This document shows, one piece after another, positions 1 to 10,793 of a stretch of DNA of 64,000 nt; position 1 is the stretch's first letter; each line of letters begins with the position of its first letter. Made by a program: the position numbers and the translations under genes. The notes beneath the pieces are model-generated. The model made no database searches. It had not been told where the DNA came from and worked only from the letters and a program-made list of their open reading frames with translations. This DNA is from Podarcis filfolensis (Eukaryota): the NCBI GenBank assembly GCA_964270895.1, contig OZ185440.1; one strand, written 5' to 3'.

Positions 1-35
1 CTCTGTGGTATAACCCACAGCGCCACCCGCGTCCC
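1..35 (-). mobile_element. Sauria SINE 5' end (rest lies outside the window)
   Basis: Reverse complement GGGACGCGGGTGGCGCTGTGGGTTATACCACAGAG matches the heads of the full copies at 4640 and 51530. Confidence 0.85.
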
Positions 36-438
36 TTGCGGGTTCAGTCTGCAATGGTTTAGGGAGGTGAGGAGCTAAAAGGAGCAGGCCTCTTGATTTA
101 CTTAATAGTTTTCCTGCTTCCCATCTCTCTTGGTAATGGAATGGTGGCTGCTACTAGCTTTAGCACAAAGGCTAAATGAAAGTTCCCTCTGGTTGGTCTT
201 CAAGGATGGTCTCTAAAAAACAGCCAGAGTTTTCTCTCTTTCCTAATCTCAATGCAGAGATAGAAACTCTTCCTGCTCCTCAGATTTCTTTCTGAAGATC
301 GGGCAAAGCACTTTCATCTCCTTCCTGTGAGCTGGTGGGCCAGGTGTGGCCTGCAGGCTAGTCATCAATGGCACAGAGAACCTGTTGGATCTTGTATGGT
401 GATAGAGAACACGTGTGGCCAAGTTAGTGCAGTACACG

Positions 439-687
439 AGAGCCAGTGTGGTGTAGTGGTTAAGAGTGATAGACTCGTAATCTGGGGAACCGGGTTCGCG
501 TCTCCGCTCCTCCACATGCAGCTGCTGGGTGACCTTGAGCTAGTCACACTTCTCTGAAGTCTCTCAGCCCAACTCACCTCACAGAGTGTTTGTTGTGGGG
601 GAGGAAGGGAAAGGAGAATGTTAGCCGCTTTGAGATTCCTTCGGGTAGTGATAAAGCAGGATATCAAATCCAAACTCTTCTTCTTCT
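439..687 (+). mobile_element. tRNA-derived squamate SINE (Squam2/MIR-like) with (TTC)n tail
   Basis: A-box TGGTGTAGTGG, B-box-like GGGTTCGCGTCT, CORE-like CTGGGTGACCTTGAGCTAGTCAC, TTC tail. Confidence 0.8.
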
Positions 688-1232
688 ACACTGAGAAGAT
701 GACATAACTTGTTTCCCACAAGCTGTTCACACACAGATTATCCTGAACCTCATATGTGGGTGTTGCAGACATTTCCTGTCCTCTCTCATACCACTTCTCT
801 TTGAGTCCTGCCATAAGTGCTTATGTGTTGATGTTCTGCACAGCTTGTTCCAAGCTGTGGGCAGGGAGGAAGGAAGGCACATAGTGGGCACGCAGGCAGG
901 AGGAAGGATAGCGAGATGAGGGGGATACCACTTTGTTGCAGCTTAAAATTTATTTTTCAGCAAGTGGGGCAAAGGAGGAAAAACGTGGATTGGCAAGATA
1001 TATATTAATCTGTTAATGCACAGTATGTTTTTAATGACTTTTGCTATGAGAACCATTAGTTTTAATTATAACTAATTTGGGGACAGTGGGAAAAACATTT
1101 TTCGCCTTTGAATTCCTAGTAGTTACTTTTGTAACTACTTTTGTTACTAGCAGAGCAGAACCCTGTTAAGCCTTTGGATCAAAATAAGAATTTTAAATAA
1201 TAAGCAACCTTGGTTTTCAACATTATTTACAG

Positions 1233-1355
1233 GTAATGCAGACACGCTGAAACATGAGCCGAAGCAAAATGACATTGATACTTATACCAGGCTGAGGGAA
1301 TTCTGGCAGCGCTATTACTCATCTCACTATATGACTTTAGTTGTGCAATCTAAAG
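1233..1355 (+). CDS. NRDC: Nardilysin exon (G)NADTLKHEPKQNDIDTYTRLREFWQRYYSSHYMTLVVQSK; first exon in window, gene 5'-partial
   Basis: AG/GT flanks; matches recalled human NRDC GNAETLKHEP...YSSHYMTLVVQSK. Confidence 0.95.
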
Positions 1356-2516
1356 GTAACGTCTGTTAATTTGAAGCTACAGGTGCAAACTGTGATACAC
1401 TGCCTTGATTATTGTCTTTCAAGAGCTATAAAAATTCTGCATCTGCTTGTAATGTAATGAATGCCTCAATAGTTTACATTTCTAGTCAGAAGTAAGTCCT
1501 GTTGAATACAGTGGGGCTTGTGCTCAGGAAAATGAGTAGGATTGCCATTGTGTACAATGAAAGTAAGCCCCACTGAATCAGGACATATTTCTGATGAGCT
1601 ATACATATGACTGCACTGAAATTAAAACAAAACTAGATGTATCTAGCTAAATATTTTCAACCTTATACTTCTGAATTTAAATACTGAGTTCATTTTGATG
1701 AAATAGGTGTTCTTTTTCAGTGTCTGGTCACCTTTTAAAATAGAGGCTTATATTTTGGACCTAGCAATTCTTATAAGTTTCATTAGTTGCATTACCTAAC
1801 GCTCTTTTTGGTCCTTATTAGTCTAAATGAAGTTCACAATATTAGATAATTTATTTCTCTTTGTAAACAAGGCTATGATTTATCTTGAGCCAAATACAGT
1901 GTTTTCTGAGTTTCCAGTAACACAGACTTGGCATGTGAATTTTCTTTGCCATTACTGACATTTTAATGATGTCTTTTTCTCAGTAAGGATAAAAACCTGC
2001 CCCTCCCTTCCCAACCCTGCCCTAAGGGGCCAATCTGTACATGCACGACATACATGGATGCTTCTTTAAGTGTGGCTGCCATCACAAGGAATATTTCTAT
2101 GCTGCCAGAAGCATCTATTGTGGAGGCTGTTTCAGATAGCTTTTGGGCGCGGCCCATATCACGGAGACCAGCCATAATTTTGTTGTGTGTAAGTTTTAAC
2201 TGATACAACCAGCTTGGGAGGTTGTAAGAATGCAAGCTCAGCTGCCACATATGCCTGATATAGGAAGCAGAAATTGTACTGGTGCAGCCACACCCCAAAA
2301 TAATCCAAGTGCCAAATGCATGTGCAGTTTAGGTATACTGAGAGAATTGAGCCTTTGGGCCTACAGACTTTATAATGTTTGCACCTCTTCTTTAATTAGC
2401 TGACTGGGTTCTTGAGAATGAACAGGTTCTCCAGCTTACCTTTGTTTTACTGAGAACAAGCCTTTCTTCTTCAGTGAATTAGCTGTTGAGCTTTCTCTCT
2501 CTCCCTTCCTCCCTAG

Positions 2517-2574
2517 AAACCTTGGATACTCTGGAAAAATGGGTGATTGAAATCTTCTCAGAGATTCCAAATAA
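2517..2574 (+). CDS. NRDC: Nardilysin exon ETLDTLEKWVIEIFSEIPN
   Basis: ccctag acceptor, gtaaga donor, frame continuous. Confidence 0.95.
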
Positions 2575-3261
2575 GTAAGATTTTTTCCCCCTCTACTATT
2601 TTTGTCATAAGTAAGATGTAAAGTTATATGCACAGTTCTGCATTCAAGTCATATGAGAAGACCACAAATATGATTTCACCTGTTTATCCCTAAACTTTCC
2701 CTGCTTCTTACCCTTTCCCCTTCTTTCCAGCCCTGCTTCTTCTTCTTTCTCTTTCCATGTCATTGCCTGTTACTGCTTCTTAATTATAAAAACTAATTTG
2801 TGGCATAATTTATATAGAATATGTTGCTGTGTGGTGTTGGCTTAAAGGAATCGCATGCCTGACTGGGGGTTGGGGGGGTTTGAACAAGCATGCTAAGGTG
2901 ATAGTTTGACTGGCCAGATTGAATGATTCACCTCCTCATCCTCCCTTGCACTGATGTGGGTACTCTCCTGACCCTCAGAACCAGTTTTGAGGGGTGTTTG
3001 CAGGGAGCGGGTAGGGAAGCCCTATTGCACAAGCATACGTCCTTGTGCATGGCTTCCACTATCAGAAGTCATTAGTTGAAACCTACTTTAGGACTTGGGT
3101 CTCCTCTTCTAACGTACAGAATAAATGCTTAGCACAAATTTGGTGGGGGTTGCTATGCCAGTGCCGGTGCTTTGAATATTTAATAAAATAACAAAGTTGT
3201 TCTGTTTGATGTTTTAAATTTTGATTTCTCAATTTTGAGAAAAAATAGGGGTTCAAAAAAA

Positions 3262-3311
3262 TAGGGGTCGTCTTATACATGGGGGTGTCTTATACATGGA
3301 AAAATACAGTA
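3262..3311. mobile_element. Terminal fragment of a Tc1/mariner(pogo)-like DNA transposon
   Basis: GGGGTCGTCTTATACAT repeated, ending GGAAAAATACAGTA; family assignment from recalled termini. Confidence 0.45.
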
Positions 3312-3568
3312 ATATTTTTAATGAGCATGTTAATCCCAATCTGTAGATACTGGTTTATAGTTTTCTACCAGACATACAACACAATAATCACCTGTTGCAA
3401 CACGTGAGGAGCCAGTCCCTGGAATTGGTACTGTTCCCGCACTGAGTGCTGGGTACAGAAGGATATATCCAGATTAGTCATTGATACACAGGATTGTGAT
3501 GTGATTTGGGGAGCGTCCTAACGGAATTAGGACAATGATGCATAACTTATTTTCTTTTGTTCTTAAAG

Positions 3569-3642
3569 TGATTTACCAAGACCAAATTTTAGCCACCTGA
3601 CAGAACCTTTTGACACACCTGATTTTCAGAAACTTTACAGAG
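3569..3642 (+). CDS. NRDC: Nardilysin exon DLPRPNFSHLTEPFDTPDFQKLYR
   Basis: AG/GTGAGT flanks, frame continuous. Confidence 0.95.
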
Positions 3643-3836
3643 GTGAGTAATGGGAATGAATAATTCCTATAGTGCTAACGGTTAAGAATACATATTGCAT
3701 TCTAAACTTTGTAACTTTCAAAGTTTAAAATACTGCTCTTTGCACTTTTCTTTTTGAGAGAAATTATTATGAGAAAGTTGATGAAGGCAGATCATTTTGT
3801 TTTTACATTTTACAGTAAACATTTCTTTATTTTTAG

Positions 3837-3906
3837 TTGTTCCAATCAGAAAAACACACTCTTTAAATATCACTTGGGCTCTTCCTCCACAAGAACAACA
3901 TTACAG
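3837..3906 (+). CDS. NRDC: Nardilysin exon VVPIRKTHSLNITWALPPQEQHYR
   Basis: AG/GTAAAT flanks, M16 family motif. Confidence 0.95.
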
Positions 3907-4399
3907 GTAAATTTTAAACTCTTGTTATGGTGGAACCCTTTCATGTGGGTACCAGGAAACTGAGTTAGTTGAACAAATTAAATTGTTGATAAAAGAAAAA
4001 GGAACCACTAGTGGCTTTCTGCTGATAGAAGGGGCTCCATCAGCAAAATGTGGAGGGAGGAAATTTTAGACAATCCCTTTGCAGTGGTCTGTGCTCCCTC
4101 TAAATCTGCTCTAGAGGGTGGGGGGAATCTTGAGCAGATTTGGGTGGGTACAGCAGACAATTGTCAAAAGTTGGCCCCTTCCTTGTTCTGCTGATGGATT
4201 CCTTTCTGTCAGCAGCCAGGCACCACTGAATACCACACATAGTTTATGGTAGCTGTAGTAGTTTGTAATGTGATCATCACTAAATCCCAGCATTTTGGAT
4301 ATGCTTATTTTACTTGCTAATTTGTATAATGGCTGGAAACCAATATTTTCAAGGCATGTTTTATGACCTCCATTTTTAAACTTTCCCCTCTTTTTTCAG

Positions 4400-4477
4400 G
4401 GTCAAACCTCTTCACTATATTTCATGGCTGGTTGGACATGAAGGCAAAGGCAGTGTTCTTTCATTCCTTAGAAAAAA
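4400..4477 (+). CDS. NRDC: Nardilysin exon VKPLHYISWLVGHEGKGSVLSFLRK
   Basis: GHEGxGS M16A motif; AG/GTATGT flanks. Confidence 0.97.
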
Positions 4478-4639
4478 GTATGTATGAAAAAATCAGTTAT
4501 AATAGTTTTAATAGTTAATTGACACATTTAAAAGATATATATGCCATGTGCCTTTGCTTCGGCTGGGGAGGGCGGGATAGAAATAAAAAAAATTATTTTT
4601 ATTATTTATTATTATAATTATTATTATTACTTCTGTAAT

Positions 4640-4980
4640 GGGACACGGGTGGCGCTGTGGGTAAAATCTCAGCGCCTAGGACTTGCCGATCGCATGGTCG
4701 GCGGTTCGAATCCCCGCGGTGGGGTGAGCTTCCGTCGTTCGGTCCCAGCGCCTGCCAACCTAGCAGTTCGAAAGCACCCCCGGGTGCAAACCAGTGGGAA
4801 GGTAAACGGCATTCCGTGTGCTGCGCTGGCTCGCCAGATGCAGCTTGTCACGCTGGCCACGTGACCCGGAAGTGTCTGCGGACAGCACTGGCTCCCGGCC
4901 TCTAGAGTGAGATGAGCGCACAACCCTAGAGTCTGGCAAGACTGGCCCGTACGGGCAGGGGTACCTTTACCTTTACCTTT
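4640..4980 (+). mobile_element. Sauria SINE, near full length with internal deletion
   Basis: GGGACACGGGTGGCGCTGTGG head, B-box GGTTCGAATCC, (ACCTTT)n tail. Confidence 0.92.
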
Positions 4981-5399
4981 AATGCAGACAGTTGAGAAAC
5001 ATGTCAGCTTAGTTAGTGACCAAGTTCAACATATATTTCTTATAACCCAAATATTGTGCAACATAAACATTGGATAGACTTGACATGAGCATTTTGAAAA
5101 GTTTCTCCAGAGTGCCTACCCTTTGCTTATATTGTGATTCCATCATGTGAGGAGATGGAAAAATCAGAAATTGGTAACTCCCTATTCTATTGGGGCAGGG
5201 GGAGTGATACAAGCAACCCTTTACTCGCATAGATTGGACTGTGTTGCTGCTTACCCCTGCCTAGGTCATTAGCTGAAATATGTCATTTGTTCTGCATGCT
5301 AAAGCAGGGGTGGCAAAACTTCCTCTTGCTAAAAGCCAGAACTATATTGGAAATCTGTATCAATAGCTCTAACTTCGATGTGTTAATATTTTCTGATAG

Positions 5400-5520
5400 A
5401 TTCTGGGCTCTTGCATTGTATGGAGGAAACGGTGAAACAGGATTTGAGCAGAACTCTACATACTCTGTCTTCAGTATTTGTGTGACTCTGACAGATGAAG
5501 GTTACAATCATTTCTATGAG
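5400..5520 (+). CDS. NRDC: Nardilysin exon FWALALYGGNGETGFEQNSTYSVFSICVTLTDEGYNHFYE
   Basis: AG/GT flanks; also seen in ORF track 5287..5541. Confidence 0.97.
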
Positions 5521-5606
5521 GTAAATTTGAGCTCAGCTTGAAGTGTTTGTTGTTCTTGCTTACTGCAGACGACAGATACCTGAATGTGCTTTGTTTCCAT
5601 TTTCAG

Positions 5607-5665
5607 GTTGTTCATGTCGTATTCCAGTATTTGAAAATGTTGCAGCAGACAGGACCAGAGCAAAG
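5607..5665 (+). CDS. NRDC: Nardilysin exon VVHVVFQYLKMLQQTGPEQ
   Basis: tttcag acceptor, gtaact donor; VFQYLKML. Confidence 0.95.
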
Positions 5666-6461
5666 GTAACTAAGTCCTGATTCTAGTGAGCTGTCGGTGT
5701 TACTGAACTTTTTTTATTCCTAAATGTGAGCAGAAGTAGCAGGTGGAAGGAAATGGTTCTTAAAAAGAACTGGAGGAATTGGAAGTCACCCTAAAATGTC
5801 AACCCCATGAAAAAGGAAAATTAGCTATTAAGGTGGTTGACGATTTAAGAATTGGTTTAGGGCAGAGCTTTTCATGTTGGTGACACACTTTTTAGACATG
5901 CATCATTTCACAACACAGTAATTCAATCTTACTAGCAAACCAGAGGTTAAACAAACCCATTTCCAGCCGTGGGGAGAGCTTTCGCATGGCACACCTACAC
6001 ATAGCAGTCAACACACTAACGTGTCGCAACACACAGTTTGGAAAACTCTGGTTTAGGGGAATATTCACTATCCTGAAACGTTCTCTCTATGTGAAGTATT
6101 ATTAGTTACTATATATACTGCTTTTCTATATAAATTTATTTCAAAGTGGTTCTCAAAAACTTACAAATACATAAAGAGTACATTGTTATCCATGCCATCT
6201 TCCTAATAAAAACAATATGGAACAGTTTCATAAGAGATACATAGTAAAACCTCAGTATTGATACATCAAAACAATTCATTCATAATTCTTTACTAGTAGG
6301 AAGTCAGTAAGACAGCCTCTGACCTAGGAGGTGGTAGCAGCAGAATGAATCTTTTTAAAGAGCTGCAAAAGGAAATGGGGTCAGCCCTCAGTCCCATGTT
6401 AAGATGGGAAATGACAAAATGTTTCCTCTGGCCTGTTGGTCAGGCTGCTGAGAAATAGCCT

Positions 6462-6540
6462 TAGAATCATAGAATTGTAAAGTTGGAGGATCATCTAGTC
6501 CAACCCCATGTGGTGAAGGAATCCTTTGGAATGTTTGTTC
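6462..6540 (-). mobile_element. CR1 LINE 3' terminal fragment
   Basis: TAGAATCATAGAATT tail and CATCTAGTCCAACCCC, same as the copy at 42076. Confidence 0.6.
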
Positions 6541-6617
6541 TGAAACCTTGTTTCTGGAAATGGTCTCTTTCTTGACAAATGTGACTGATTTATTGAGAAA
6601 CATGTTATCCTCCACAG

Positions 6618-6672
6618 AATTTGGGAAGAAATCCAGAAGATTGAAGCTAATGAATTTCATTATCAAGAACAG
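6618..6672 (+). CDS. NRDC: Nardilysin exon IWEEIQKIEANEFHYQEQ
   Basis: AG/GT flanks, frame continuous. Confidence 0.95.
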
Positions 6673-7321
6673 GTATTTCCTCAGCCTTGAATATTTTCAA
6701 ACACCATTTTATAGACCATCATTTTATCTTGGCTTACGGAAACTAATAATTGCTGGGAATCTAATTGTGGTGACTATAGTAGGCTCATTGCTAATTTTAA
6801 TAATATGGGATTATTTTACTGAGATGCTTTTGAAACAATCATGATTTGTGATGACTTTCTGCTTTGGAAGATGTGCATCTTCAATCTTCAGAGCTAAGAA
6901 CTTGAGTGTGGAGACCTGTTTAGGAGCCGTTCAAATGAATGTTGTTTTTCCAACATGAATGAAATTCTTATATTCTTTTTCTTAACTTTGATTCGTAATG
7001 AGCCCAATGGGGATTTCAAGGAACAAGTTTTCTTGTCCAAAATCTACATTGATTTTTGCAGTTGTCATGCATCTGGGAATCAAATGAATTGACTACTGCA
7101 GAAGATTGGCGCAACTGCCAATGCACATTTGGAAAGCAGCCAAAATTTAGGATTTTCCACTAGTTCCACTTGATTCTTGGCACAAAACAACTGCAAAAGT
7201 CAGTGCACAATTATGTGGGGAAACTGACGACCTGGATTCACCCTTAAGCTTAACCAGAAGTAAGGGTAAGGGGGGAAATGTTCAAATGATCGATAGTGAA
7301 CTAGAACTGTTTGTTTTACAG

Positions 7322-7426
7322 ACTGACCCAGTTGAATATGTTGAAAGTATTTGTGAGAATATGCAGCTGTTTCCAAAGGAGGACATTCTGACAGGAGACC
7401 AACTTCTTTTTGAATACAAACCAGAA
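7322..7426 (+). CDS. NRDC: Nardilysin exon TDPVEYVESICENMQLFPKEDILTGDQLLFEYKPE
   Basis: AG/GTAAGT flanks. Confidence 0.97.
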
Positions 7427-7610
7427 GTAAGTGCACTCTTTAGGTCTTTCTTCTTATTAGATGAGATGATTACGAAACCAATTCTACCAATTAGGGAATC
7501 TTATTTTCGGTCCTTCATGCTCTGCTTACAAAGTAGTAGTAGAATAAAGCGCCTTAATTTTGCACAAATAGGGACACATAAGAATATATTTGAATCCTTC
7601 ATTTTTGCAG

Positions 7611-7734
7611 ATCATTGCTGAAGCTCTTAACCAGCTGACACCTCAGCGAGCCAACCTTATTCTGCTTTCTGCTGCCCATGAAGCTCAGTGTCAGCTGAAG
7701 GAGAAGTGGTTTGGTACACACTACGGTGTTGAAG
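7611..7734 (+). CDS. NRDC: Nardilysin exon IIAEALNQLTPQRANLILLSAAHEAQCQLKEKWFGTHYGVE
   Basis: AG/GT flanks; EKWFGT motif. Confidence 0.95.
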
Positions 7735-7870
7735 GTACAACAACTTTGAGTCTTCCTCAAAGGAATTCCAGAGGTGGAGGGAGGCTATGGAAGGAAATGC
7801 ATTGTGTTAGGTTGGAGTGAGGTTGGCCTATAAGTCACTAAGTCTCCTAATAATTAAGGAACCTCAGTGC

Positions 7871-7970
7871 TAGGGGTGGTGAACTTGTGGCCCTCCAGAT
7901 GTTTGTGAATTCTGGCTCCCACCAGCCCCAGCCAGCCTGACCAATGGTTAGGTATGATGTGAGTTGGAGG
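7871..7970. mobile_element. Squamate hAT-like MITE family; related copies near 9331-9463, 17371-17481, 32560-32660, 32760-32880, 36590-36725, 45930-46050, 49400-49540
   Basis: Shared GGCCCTCCAGATGTT...CCAGCC...CATCTGGAGGG internally inverted structure recurs across the window; boundaries approximate. Confidence 0.6.
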
Positions 7971-8069
7971 GCAGTGAGAAGATGACATTTCTGTCATGGT
8001 TAGCAAAGTATGACATGTTGGATCTATGAATGGTGAAGGATTATGTCTAGATCAGGTATATGAGTTCCT

Positions 8070-8108
8070 TGCTGCTGCTGCTGCTGCTGCTGCTGCGGGG
8101 GGGGGGGG
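8070..8108. repeat. (TGC)9 microsatellite followed by G12
   Basis: Direct reading. Confidence 0.95.
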
Positions 8109-8241
8109 ATCTGGTGTGTGCATTAGATAAGAAGAGGATAGGAGCTGTGTGCCCTGTCAATACAGCATTTTGCAGCCAAGTATAACATCTTCATTGGCTT
8201 CAGTTGCACTAAGTTTGTCTGCTTTTATCATTAATTTTCAG

Positions 8242-8328
8242 ATATTGATCAATACTGGAATGATATGTGGGCCAGTGACTTTGCATTAAATCCAGATTTG
8301 CACCCACCAGAAGAAAACAGATACATTG
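8242..8328 (+). CDS. NRDC: Nardilysin exon DIDQYWNDMWASDFALNPDLHPPEENRYI
   Basis: AG/GTGAGT flanks. Confidence 0.93.
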
Positions 8329-8890
8329 GTGAGTGAATTATGACTTCATACATGCCTAAAATAGGGTTGAATGTGACTAGATTATTTTGCTTACATGTTG
8401 TTAAATAAGCTGTCCTAGGTTTTCTAAATGAAGGCTGCCTCTCCAGTTACAAGTGAATTCAACAGATTTATGTAGTTGGGTTTCTGTCATGTTGTATATC
8501 AAAAAAAGTTGTATATCAAAAAAAAGTAAGGAGCAGTACTTTTTTCAGGGAATACTCGAGGGTATGCAGTACCGGTACCTCTTTTTTGTTGTTAAAATAT
8601 GTAGCACTTACTGTAACAACTTCATGGTGAGTACTGGCACCTATTTTTCTAGGGAAAAAGCACTGGTACGGAGTGTTATCCAGCAGAATCAGAAATTTAT
8701 GTTGCTGCATCAGATCAGCAATCCATTTGTGCAGCAGACCACAAATAACTGTTAAGCTAGTAACACTTCAATCCTTACAGTGATGCCTTGACACTTAAGC
8801 ATACAGCTTGCATAATTTATTTGAGATTGATATGTACTTGTTACATTGACATGTGGATGTGCAACAGTAACTCCTCCTCCTTAATTTTAG

Positions 8891-9010
8891 CAACTGATTT
8901 TGCTCTGAAGGCTCCTGACTGCCCACAGACAGAATATCCAGTCAGTATACTGAGCACCCAACAAGGCTGCTTGTGGTACAAGAAGGATGATAAATTCAAA
9001 ATCCCTAAAG
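8891..9010 (+). CDS. NRDC: Nardilysin exon ATDFALKAPDCPQTEYPVSILSTQQGCLWYKKDDKFKIPK
   Basis: LWYKKDxKFKIPK motif; AG/GT flanks. Confidence 0.97.
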
Positions 9011-10019
9011 GTAACCCCTTTATAGGTCTCGTAATGAAACTTGTTAATACACTTCTAGGTTACAAAACACAGGACATTCCAGATTGCACTTATCTCCTTG
9101 GGGCTTTTCATATAGCTTATTTTCAAATTATTTTTTTGTTTTTGTTTTAAGCAGACACACATCCTTACACTGAATCTAGATGCAACTTTAGAACATCTGT
9201 TTCAGTAGTGACATAGATAAAAAAATTAAATGACATGTCCATGCATCCTTGTGCTGAGATCCTTCTCCTGAAATGAATTTCTGTGTTTGTATATACATTT
9301 TTAATCAAACAGTAGTAGCCTTTACACCAATAGTAGTGAACCTGTCGCTATCAAGATGTTGTTAGAATCCAAACCCTATCAGCCCAGCCAATACGGCCAG
9401 TGGTCAGCAATGATGGGAATTGTAGTCCACCAGTATCTGGAGGACCACAGGCTCTCCATCCCTTCTTTCGACTAGACAAGGCAGTATATTGGCATCGTAA
9501 AGCACCAAGTTATTTTCATTTTGCTGGCTCTACATAGCTTAGCTTGCTGGTGTCTGGAGTTTTAGAAAATGAAGATGTGAAACATTTCAGTTGTTAATCT
9601 AAGCATTGTGTTTGGACTTGGGATGTTTAACTCTGGCTACCATGGTTGGGAATTTTTGGGCAGTGTTTCAGTCACTGATCTGTGGAATGGCACTGCTCTA
9701 CAGCTGCCTTCTGCTAGCCAGTGGTGGAGGTGCTGACTCACTCTTCCTGTACGGGGTCGGAAGCTGTGTTTCTTTTATCTGGCAACATACAGACACCATT
9801 CCTTTTCACTGTTCCGAGAGACTACTTGCCAATCAAAAGCTTTCTGGCTGTATATTAGCATGCCCTTTAGATTTCATTGTATTTAATCAGCAGTGGGTAG
9901 GACTAATAATCTGTTTAAAAGAGATTGGGAACCATAGGTCAGGAGGTCCCAAAGAGAAATAATGGCTTGACGAAAGCTCCCCATTGTTTGCTCTAGCTCA
10001 TTATAACCATTTCTTTCAG

Positions 10020-10071
10020 CTTATATCCGTTTCCATCTAATCTCACCGCTGATCCAGCAGTCTGCCGAGAA
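10020..10071 (+). CDS. NRDC: Nardilysin exon AYIRFHLISPLIQQSAE
   Basis: AG/GTAAGG flanks. Confidence 0.95.
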
Positions 10072-10414
10072 GTAAGGGTTGCAGTCTTTTTGTCTGTCCT
10101 TTTGGTTAGCTTATTTTTTCTGCTGTAACAAGCATCTGTGGTGCTTCAGAGCATCCCTGTTACTAATAAACATGGAATACTAGGTGGTGGGTGATGGTAA
10201 AATATTAAATGCTGTGTTTAATTGCATAAACCATAACGTCAAGTGTGCAGGTAATTGTCTAAAAGGGTCTGGAATTGTATACTCCTATATAAGTTAATTT
10301 AATGAGTGACATTTGTCTTTTGAATGAGTGGTATAATTCCACAGAGCCTTTCCATGAAGGACTCTCATTCACATTCTTACTTTTGTTTCCTGTCAAAAAA
10401 ATTGCTGTGTGCAG

Positions 10415-10565
10415 CATTGTGCTCTTTGATACATTCGTAAACATCCTCGCACACAACCTTGCTGAGCCTGCTTATGAGGCGGATGTTGCTCAGTTGGAAT
10501 ACAAGCTGGTAGCTGGAGAGCATGGACTGATCATTCGCGTAAAAGGATTCAATCACAAGCTTCCT
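10415..10565 (+). CDS. NRDC: Nardilysin exon IVLFDTFVNILAHNLAEPAYEADVAQLEYKLVAGEHGLIIRVKGFNHKLP
   Basis: AG/GTAAGT flanks; near identity to recalled human sequence. Confidence 0.98.
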
Positions 10566-10665
10566 GTAAGTGTTGGCAGGATTTTTTCCTTTGGGCTCCT
10601 TTTGGGAAAATGATCCTATTTAGTCTACTGCTCTAGGGAATCAGCATTTTACTTTGTTCTCCCAG

Positions 10666-10793
10666 CTGCTGTTTCAACTCATCATTGACCACCTAGCAGA
10701 CTTCAGTTTTACTCCAGAAGTTTTTGAAATGATAACTGAGCAGTTGAAGAAGACTTACTTCAACATCCTCATCAAGCCAGAGACTCTGGCCAA
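10666..10793 (+). CDS. NRDC: Nardilysin exon LLFQLIIDHLADFSFTPEVFEMITEQLKKTYFNILIKPETLA
   Basis: AG/GTAAGT flanks. Confidence 0.97.

Noticed and set aside
4541-4923. Three overlapping ORFs of 82-107 aa
   Set aside because: They lie within a Sauria SINE; non-coding
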